Shown here: piece after piece, positions 54,178 to 64,000 of the stretch
Layout: every line of letters starts with the position of its first letter
Position numbering within the stretch: the first letter of the stretch is position 1
Assembly (NCBI GenBank): GCA_951406725.2
Contig: OX597818.1
Coordinates: forward strand, 116,436,001 to 116,500,000
Reading direction: 5' to 3'
Source: Octopus vulgaris
Lineage: Eukaryota
DNA: 64,000 bases
Notes under the pieces: model-generated
Database searches by the model: none
Told to the model about the DNA's origin: nothing
What the model saw: only the letters and a program-made list of their open reading frames with translations
Translations under genes and position numbers: made by a program

Positions 54178-56878
54178 AAGGAGCTGCTGCGGTAGCAGAC
54201 CACGAAACACGGTTGAAATTCCTCAGTTAGAAAAGTATTCTTACTATAGGACTGCTACAAATATGATTGATACTCAATGGCAAAAATATGATTACATTCG
54301 TATCCTGGAAATGTGTTATCTTAAAATGCTACTGAAATATGTCTGCAATACAAAGCATATAATTTTGTTTTGTATCGAATCCTGTATATTCAAAGATACC
54401 GAGGAATTTTCGAGAAAAAATTAAATAAAGAAATTCGATGGCAGTAATTAGTCAAAAAGTTCATATGAGAGCTTCTGGCAATTGCTACGAATTAAATTAG
54501 ATTGTTTAAGTTTTGCATTTATTTCTGGTGCTGACAAAGATGTGCAAGAAGTGAGAGAGAAGATTATTGTTGCGCATCTTCCACCACACATAGATATATA
54601 CATAACATACACACACAGACATTTACACTCAATCGCATACATATACACATAAACATCGCACAAATACACACACATACATATGGGAATTAGGCTGCGAGAT
54701 AATTAAAACGTGGAAAAAATGATCTGTAATGGAATTGTAGAAAGGGCCCACGTTTTAATGAAGGTGAAAGGCATCGATGAGAAGGTCATACAAAGAAAGA
54801 GGAATGTGGTAACTAGCATGAGCTGGAAACAAAATGCAACACAACTTAAATATCTTAGATTGTTGACAGTATAGAATTTTCTAAATTTTGAATGAACAAA
54901 ATCTTTGCTCCGTAGTAAATAACATTATACGCAAGTTCATAGAGCTACGCCTATGTTTATGCGCATGTCCATACATACATCTGTGTCCTTATCCAAATTA
55001 CAGAGGTGCACACAAAGCGATTATCAAAACACACTATCTGCATTACCAGTGTGAATACATTTCTGAGCATGAGGTACGCACAATTATAAGAGATTCAGGA
55101 TGAAAGCCAAAATCTTTGAACTATGAACAAAAAGGGCTCCATCTAAATACTGAGTAAAGGTTTCTCCGATACTCTCATGATACTGCCATAAAAAACCCTC
55201 GTTACAGTGATTAACTAACATGATTTATAAGTAATCCAGATTATTGTAATTTAGTGAAGATGTTACGAGAGGTATTGAAGTATGCGAGGTAAAACGACAG
55301 CAAAACATTCGTGGATTGCTGAATAATTTAAGATTAAATTGATTGATTCAAATTATTCTTCGCGAGTGAGCTGGAGTGACTTGAATAATGGGACAATAAT
55401 ATTTTATTTGCCTTCTTTGTTAAGTTACATACAAGGCTAGGTTCTGGAAATATCCTCACAGATATAAAAAAGAAAAGTTTCCCTCATCTACAACTAATAT
55501 AATGCTACTTAATCTACGACTACCAAACTCGGAATAATATATCCTGTAGGAATAATCTCTCCTATAGTACAGCAGTGAAGGAGATTACTAACTGTTTAAT
55601 CCAATCTACGTACACATTTCAGTTTTTACAATGGATTACCAGTATCTTTTATCAGTTTGCGTGTGTAAAGTCACGCTCATTTAGGATACTTGCTCAGCTA
55701 TCGCCGATACGTTCTGTTCAGACATTCATCTCTGGCCTCCCGTGAGGAGGAAATCAATGGAGTTTGATTCCTGGAATTTTGAAACAAGTCTACCAAAAAA
55801 TTAAAAGGAAGAAAATATTTACTTAACGTAGCATTTTCTTTGCGAAACAACGAAAATCCAGAAGCTTAATATCTAGTGAAATATATCAGCTATATATGGT
55901 AAGCTCAGCAGAATAAAAACGAAAAAGGCTGTGTTTAAATAGTTTTGATTGAAAAATGATACCCCAAAATCTATGCATTTCTAAAATTCTGTTACAATCT
56001 GATTAATCTATGAAGGCAGTTTATGGAGAAGGATAGACGCCATTTCGTCTAAAGTTGGATGTCTTGTCATCTCATTTAAACTCCTAAGCGCAAGTAGATT
56101 GCAGAAAACAAAAACAAAAGTTGTTTCATTTTGGGTTTGCAGCGGCAGAAATGGAAGAAAAATATGTGTGTTTACTTTATAACCTCGAGTTATTTCCGTT
56201 ACCAGCAAATATAGTGTAAAAATACCACGGAGAATTAATACTTGTAGCTACGCAAGTGTTTATATAATAAGTACTTAATAAAATACTTCAGGAATAAACG
56301 ATTAGAAAAGGAAGCATTCAGCTTAAAGGCTCTCAATATATATACATGCATACATACAAACGCCCGCACGCCCGCACAGAAACACACACGGACACACACA
56401 CACACACACACACACACTTACAGATATATATATATATACATTGAGAGACAAACAGTAAATAGGGTATTCTATATAAACAAATAAGAAAATATGTCTTGTC
56501 ATAAGGGAGTCTTTGCTGTTTTTTCGAAATGAAAAGAAAGGAAAGCTAAAAGAATTATCAAACGATTTACGTTTCAGAAAGAGGAAAACAACATCGCGTC
56601 AAACTAGCAATTTCATATTTCTCTTCTAAATTATTCCATCTCTAAATATTGGTTTCAAATTTGGCGCAATGCCAGCATTTTAGGAGGAGGGATTAGGTTG
56701 ATTACTTCGAGTCTCGTCTGAGAAAAACCAAAGCACGTTCGGTTGGGGGCGGATGCTTGGGTTTGTTCAAAAGCTTCGTAGATCAGGGTCGATGAATTAA
56801 GTACTAGTTACGTACTGGGGTCTATCTAATCGACTGGCCCCTTCCCCACAATTTTGGGGTATGTGCTTAAGGTAGAAA

Positions 56879-57108
<230 letters not shown>

Positions 57109-57109
57109 T

Positions 57110-58384
57110 TGCCGCCATTTTATATTTATAATTTCACGCGTTCTCATTGTTTGTTTTTGATTTTGTCAACTACACAGTATTGTAGCGTCAGTTGCGCATC
57201 GTCAGTGAAAAAAAAAACAGCACCATGACGCAATTCAATCTGCCAGAAATTTGGAAACGATATGCTGTACTTCTTGGCATTCCCGCTGGAAGCTCCAATA
57301 CGAACGTTTCAGAGGCTTTGTGTGTCAATCGGAGGACAGTGCAGAGGATTCGAAAAAAGTTGGATGAGTCTAATTGGATGAGCTTAATTGTGATTACGAA
57401 GGCACGGCTGCTCAGAAAAAAACTCATTCTGATTGTTCTGATAAGAAAAGAACTCGTGAATTTGTTGGTGAGATCCAGGCCAGGATGGACAACGATCCCG
57501 CCAAATCAATCAGATATTTCGCTAAGGATAAGAGGGTGTTCGATTTCTACATTGGGGCGGTAGTGCATGACGACATTCGGTATTCCTCATACAATATGAG
57601 AAAGGGTCAAGTTTTATCGCAAGCCATCAAAGACAAGAGGAAAGACCGCACTACGAAGCTTTTGAACAAACCCAAGCATCCGCCCCCAACCGAACGTTCT
57701 TTGGTTTTCCTCAGACGAGAAACATTTCTGTCAGGATCAGAACACACAGAACAACCGTTGGCTTGCTGTGTACCCAAAATATGTACCCAAAATGATACAA
57801 ATCAAACATCTAGTCAACATCATGGTGTTTGGAGTGATCACTAGTGATGGCAACGTTATACCTCCATTCATTTTCCCACGCGGCCTCAGACACAACACTG
57901 AGGGCTAGATCAAGTGCTTGGAGGTCAAGAGGGTGGCTGCTGGAAACCGTATGTCTGGCAACGAGACTACACAGTTCCACGCAAACAGGAAAAATGCAGT
58001 CATGCCTGACAGATAATTTCTGCGACTACAGCACCCCTAACATATAGTCACCTAACTCCCCAGACTTCAACCCCCTTGCTTATTGTGTGTGGGGGCAGTT
58101 ACACGAGAGACCAACAAAGCTCCTTGTAACACTAAAGATGAAGGCAAAGATTACGGCAGCATTCACGAACTTAAACAAGGAGACCGTCAAGAAGAGTTGC
58201 AGAAGATTCGGGAGTCTTCCCGAGGCCGTGGTTGAAGGCAATGGCGATTTTATTGAATATGTTTACTCTTTCGTATTTCAAAATATTTTTATGTAATTTT
58301 TAGTAAATATATCTGTAAAAATAAGATGTCAATGTCATTTCCATTTTTGTGTAATTTAGACGATAATTTATTCACCGCACCCAG
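57110..58384 (+). mobile_element. Decayed Tc1/mariner-superfamily transposon, maT/DD37D-like; transposase pseudogene about 57225-58290
   Basis: [26 protein letters not shown] region, FSDEK, IMVFGVITSDG..PPFIF and SPNSPDFNPLAYCVWG motifs across frameshifts; probable 3' TIR TTATTCACCGCACCCAG; 5' TIR not seen. Confidence 0.88.
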
Positions 58385-58411
58385 TGCATACACACACACA
58401 TACACACACCC

Positions 58412-58445
<34 letters not shown>

Positions 58446-59978
58446 GAAACGAAAGCGAGCTACAAAGCTTGCATGCAGATTTGTAAAGAAAGCAATATAC
58501 GATCAAGAATAGGTTAATGACTTTATTTTAAGCGGTTATTGTGACTATAAATATGTTCTCGTTTTTCCGATTCTCGTGCAATCACATAAATGAAATAATG
58601 AATCCAGACACGGAAAAAATATTTCTTTTAAATATTGTATTTTCGTGCTATCAATCTGGAATCTTTTGATGTAGTGAGAACGTGATATATTATTGTATAA
58701 TACAGTCTGTTGTTCACACGCTAGTTTGTTTGATATACACCGACATAAAGATCGAAAATTTGATGCACGATAGCAAAGCTTTTTTAAAACGGTTTTTAGA
58801 TTGTGTGCCAATGCATTACGCATCTATTTGTCTTTTATCCAATAAGTAATCCTTGATACATTTGTCCTATTAAGAGGTATCAAAAACAGAATAAGACACC
58901 TGAATATGCATTTTCGTTTTAATTTGTTTCAAGAAAAAAAAGTATCGTGTATTTATGATGGAAACTTTATGAAATATTATTGTGTTATGCTCTGCTAAGC
59001 AAAGATCACAGCTTTTGTAAACACAGTTTATGAGATTTGCCGTATTGTATACACATATATGTGTTTCAAATTTTATATAATTTCATATTTTGCTTATGTT
59101 CCTATATTTCTTATATTCAATATAATGCTATCCTAACCTACGATCATGAAATTTAAAAAAAAGTTTCTAGCTTTCTTCTTATCATAAATTGCTATATTAC
59201 AAATTACGTAACGTTTCGGTATTAGTGGTGCAGTGAAGCTATGTATTGTATTAGTGTGAGGAGTTTTATTTTCTCATTGATAGACAAATATGTTCACAAA
59301 AATATTATTTTATTGTTGAGCACCTTTTGTACAATGAAAATAGAGTGAAAATTATCAACCATTCATCTCCATGTTAATAAAAAAATATACAAACTCCCAT
59401 CAGAAATTAAAATAATTAACGCTTTAATGAACAGACGGGAGATATAAAGAAAGAATTATACTAGAACGCATATTTTTCTACGAGAATTGTACATTTGAGA
59501 GACTAAAAAGCTAATATGGTTTCAAACCTCGGATGTGTATCTTTTAATGATTGGTGAAAATATCTGGTATGATCTGTTTCGTATTATCAAGGCAGAAGGA
59601 TTACTAAATCATATAGGTAGCTTTCAACTTTTTTACACGTCTTTATGCATATTCAAAACTTCCCATTCGTCTGTGGACAAAATAAGCTAATAATTAAATA
59701 ATAAAAATAAGCTCTGTTAAACCGACATTACTACGTATTCTATTAATAGTACCTTCTCACATTCGAAACCAAAATTTATAGCTTTTATAGGAAAATGAAT
59801 GCATTAGCAAATCGACCAAACTAAAACATAGAGTAGAATGGCTATGTCTTGTAAATCATATGACTTATATAAATAACTTTTTAGATGATCAAGTAATTGA
59901 GACAAGTAAACTCACAGAACGAAAAAGAAACGGTTCCTAACTACATATTGTTTCCAACAACACCCAACACACCAAACA

Positions 59979-60034
<56 letters not shown>

Positions 60035-60231
60035 TACACACACACGCACACACACACACACACGCACAAGCATTCAGATATCTAAGTTATCCTTGTGTCT
60101 GACAAAATCAACTATATATTTAAGTTGATATAATAGAGCTTTATCCCTTCGGTTTCTGAGTGAGTTCTGCTTAAAACCTTATCATTCGTCACCACTTCTA
60201 AAATTATTTGGTCAAAAGGTCTAAGATTTCT

Positions 60232-60445
60232 AGCTGGCAGAATCGTTAATCGTTAGTGCGCTGGGCAAAATGCTAAGCGGCATTTCATCCGTCTTTACAT
60301 TCCGAGTTCCAGAGCCTCCGAGGTAGACTTTTCCATCCGTCCTTTCGGGAATGACAAAATAAGAATCAATTGAGCGCTGCGATCAATGCAATTGATTTAG
60401 GCCTCCCATGAAGTTGCTGGCCTTGTGCCAAAATTTGAAACCGAT
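60232..60445 (+). mobile_element. SINE family A, diverged
   Basis: AGCTGGCAGAATCGTTA head, GCTGGCCTTGTGCCAAAATTTGAAACC tail. Confidence 0.8.
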
Positions 60446-60802
60446 ATTATACATACGAGGATCTATGCTGTAAAGACCGCCCTTACTAGACTTTGTTCCT
60501 GCTGAACCAAAGGTATTGCTAATGTATTATTGGATGCACAAATGGGAAGCTGTACGGTCATAAATATTTATAATATGAAAGGAGTTTAGAAATATTTCCC
60601 ACATCTCAGATCTTACAGAGATGATTGTTTGTGCCCCGTAAGTGGTCTCCATGAGAGAAATTTCAAAAATAATTTCAAGCATTTAAATTAACATTCAAGT
60701 CAACACCAGCGTTAGTATATTTGCATTTTATACACATTGCTTTAGACTTTAAACCTGGTGAATTATATATCGACATGTAACCGAATGAGATATTAATATT
60801 CA

Positions 60803-61198
60803 TTTCTACTCTGGACACAAGGCCCGAAATTTTATGGGAGGGGTGGCCAGTCGACTAGATCGACGCCAGTACGCAACTGATACTTAATTTATCGACCCCA
60901 AAAGGATGAAAGGCAAAGTCGACCTCGGCGGAATTTGAACTCCGAACGTAAAGACAGACGAAATACCGCTAAGCATTTCGCCCGGGCTTTCTAAGGTTTC
61001 TTATTTCTTTACTGCCCACAAGGAATTACAAACAGAGGGGACAAACAAGAACAGACAAACGGATTAGTCGAATATATCGACCCCAGTGCGTAACTAGTAC
61101 TTATTTAATCGACCCCGCCGGGCGAAAAGCTTAGCGGTATTTCGTCTGCCGCTACGTACTGAGTTCAAATTCCGCCGAGGTCGACTTTGCCTTTCATC
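60803..61198. mobile_element. SINE A cluster: minus copy 60803-60986, minus tail 61000-61112, plus head 61116-61198
   Basis: Direct alignment to family A. Confidence 0.88.
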
Positions 61199-61697
61199 TT
61201 GATTATTTAGCAACAAAAGCATAACAGCGAAATGAAAGACCAATTGGATTAGTGAATTCTTGGGAAAAAAAATCACAATAAACAAAATTTCTGCATATGA
61301 ACATCAACAAAGTCAAAATTAATCAGAACAGAGCGACCCACCCGGATTTCCCAAACAGAAGTATCGGCTTGCAAGTGAGATTCCAGACCAAAGATACTGA
61401 ACTATGAGCCAGTTTTCTCGTTACTGATCAGATTTATTATAAGTGCTTTTAAGCCGTCTGATTCTATCTGAATTAGTCTTTTCAACCATTGATTAGCTGT
61501 GATATAACAACTATCATTGCGTTGTGTTATTGCAACCACTGGCAAATTATTTCAGCCACAATTCTGTTTCCTCATTGTAGCTACCATTTACCTGCTACAA
61601 TGCAACATGGCGGTCATCTAAAAACCAATACTTTACTATTATCACCAATTTATTTCATTAATATATCCACAAAGTTTTATTCTTAAATTTAACATCT

Positions 61698-61908
61698 AGG
61701 CAGTGAGCTAGTAGAATCATTAGGACGCCAGACAAAATGCTCAGCGATATTTTATCCGACTTTACGCTCTAAGTTCACATTCCACTGAGGTCGGTGTTTC
61801 CTGTCTTCCTTTTGGGGTCCATAAAATAAGTACCAATCAACACTGGGGGCGAAGTAATCAACTAGCTCCTTCCACCAAAATATCAGGCCCTGTGCCTATA
61901 GTAGAGAG
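61698..61908 (+). mobile_element. SINE family A, diverged
   Basis: GGCAGTGAGCTAGTAGAATC head, GGCCCTGTGCCTATAGTAGA tail. Confidence 0.78.
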
Positions 61909-62179
61909 GATTATAACCCTTAACATTAAGACGCTTCGTAATATAACCACCACTGATTTCTGATATTGAAAATATTACACAGTCGTGTCATTAGAAAAGT
62001 TAAGATCTCGTTACATTTAAATTTGAACTCTTTTCAATGCAACTAAAAATTAAAGGTATGATAACACTCAAGATTACCGGTTTAATTATGACCTTGGCCA
62101 CCAGACTGATCTCGTTTTAAGTGTCTGATACGTCGGGTTACAGACAATGCTGATTTTCTTTAAAAAAAACCCACTTCTG

Positions 62180-62300
62180 AGTTCTATATTTGAGAGATGA
62201 GGAATTATGTAGATTTTGTTTGTTGTTAACACAACATTTTGGCTGATATACTCTCCAGCCTTCATCAGGTGTGTTGGGGAAATTTCGAACCGGGGTATTA
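62180..62300 (-). mobile_element. Family H2 fragment with HHR at 62228-62273
   Basis: Reverse complement CACAC-CUGAUGA-A-GGCUG-GAGAGUAUAU-CAGCC-AAAAU-GUU-GUGUU; stem II perfect, GAAAC box mutated. Confidence 0.75.
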
Positions 62301-62968
62301 TTATTATTTTTTTTCCTTCTTTCTTCAAATCTTCTTCCATTTCTCGCCGATTGTTTTCCGTACACCTAGGGCAGAGAAGCTCATTGTATGCATTCTCAGA
62401 TTACACACGCAAATTCACAGGTACAATATGTTTTTTTTTTAATTAATAAATAAATATATTCATGAATGGATGTTGTTTTCACAGCGATAATACTTTTCTC
62501 AGTACATGAGTCATTCCAGTTACTGCTATTTAAATTAAATTTATTTTATAAATTATTGCTTTGTGGACAATGTGTAATTTCTCACAAAGACATAATTGAC
62601 AATTGTTTGTCCCAGCTGAGTAGTGATTACGGAGGGGTCCTGTCAATGATAGACCTTATTCAATTTATCTTATAAATGATTGATTACAAATATTTTCCCA
62701 ACTTTTATTGTTTTCTTTGTATGATCTATTATTTAATTAGTTTATCTCCTTAAACGTCATTTAAATATACATTGGTTGCTCCATTTAACCCAGGAATTTC
62801 AATCAAGATATCTCGTAGATTCTTGACCTTAATTAAAAAACATTTCCGTAGAACCCACATGTATTATTAACTCTTCAACCCCACCAGAAAGACAAAATGT
62901 CAGTTAGACCTGCTTGGGCAATATCGCTTTTAATATCTCACGCAGCAATAGATGGTCACACACATACA

Positions 62969-63008
<40 letters not shown>

Positions 63009-64000
63009 CATACATCTACGTAGTTTCTAATGTATAACTCAGCCTGTACCAATCGAAATTCTCCCTACTGCTCACCAAGAGGATCCTGTTTCTCAAAAGC
63101 TGTGAAATATAGTGCTAGCTTCACACTTTTACAACGCACTACACAGACATGACAGTCGGTGATTGAAAGGAAGATATTCACAGCACATGCACTCCTTCAG
63201 GTGCAAGGATTGGGTAACCCCCACGCCCTTGTCTTATTTTACCTGGAGACTCTGTGACTTCCCAGCATCGATTGGACCACCATTGATAGGGCCCCTCTAC
63301 ACTCACTACTTAGCTGGAATACGCAATCTTCACGTGAAATTACACATACATCAACCCGCTTTGTCCATTAGCAAGAAGAACGACAAAATCTATTGTTTGC
63401 ACCAGAGATGCCTCTTGACATTTAAGCCACTGGCAGCCAACAATCCATATATACAACCTCAGCCTTGGCTTCTCCAACAACAAGGACACAGTATTTAACT
63501 CCTGCCGCCCATAGAAAGCTTAGCTACGTCCATGCTAACAATCCAACTTAGCACCACCAAATCTTAATCCAGCACCACAAGTTCTAGTTAATCCCTCGGA
63601 AAGGTTGTTGCAGCTACAGTATAAGTTGACCAGTAACTCGCGATAACACCCCATTCTGCCATGTGATGACACTAAATATACAATAGTGCAGACTACAGAC
63701 TTAGCGGCAACAGATACCTACAAGGTATTTGTACCGTGAGTTGATTATTAGAAGTGTCACATTTGGACTGCCATCTTCAATTAGCCTCATGTCCTCTTAG
63801 TCGATGTCCAGAGGCTTGACCAGTTACATTTATTCTACGAGCCTAGGTAACACGTTGCATGGAGCTGAGTCGAACATTCATTAAATAATATATGTGTGTA
63901 TGTATGCATGTTAAATATATGTATACATGTAAATATATGTGTGTGTGTGTGTGCATGTGTGTGTTAAGACTTAAATCTCGATTTCTGAGCCTTTCCCTAA

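Noticed and set aside
63100-63850. Possible decayed LINE endonuclease region on the minus strand; similar purine-skewed stretches at 38600-38840, 40000-40620, 48600-49050 and 51500-52200
   Set aside because: No diagnostic motif could be read with confidence; needs a translated search against TE proteins.

Overview
AT-rich, repeat-saturated animal genomic DNA with no host protein-coding exon that I can recognise. Nearly all ORF-track entries are translations of microsatellites or SINEs. The (TA)n/(TACA)n/(TCTA)n/(TTA)n density and the three dominant tRNA-derived SINE families look like an octopod (Octopus-type) genome; this assignment is an inference. Other content: internally deleted or decayed Tc1/mariner/maT elements, two MITEs, a hAT-like transposase C-terminus, RTE-type LINE ends and a LINE ORF1/gag fragment with a CCHC knuckle. 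The most interesting signal is a set of minimal type-I hammerhead-ribozyme (HHR) folds with palindromic stem III, of the kind known from Penelope-like elements. They sit in several different short non-coding repeat families, including (i) a tRNA-promoter head + (TAA)n + HHR + inverted-tail composite and (ii) a four-copy family that consistently carries a variant CUGUNGA core and abuts (TA)n tracts. There are also several fold-back or inverted-repeat structures. Family names and coordinates come from reading by eye; edges are approximate and no activity is demonstrated.
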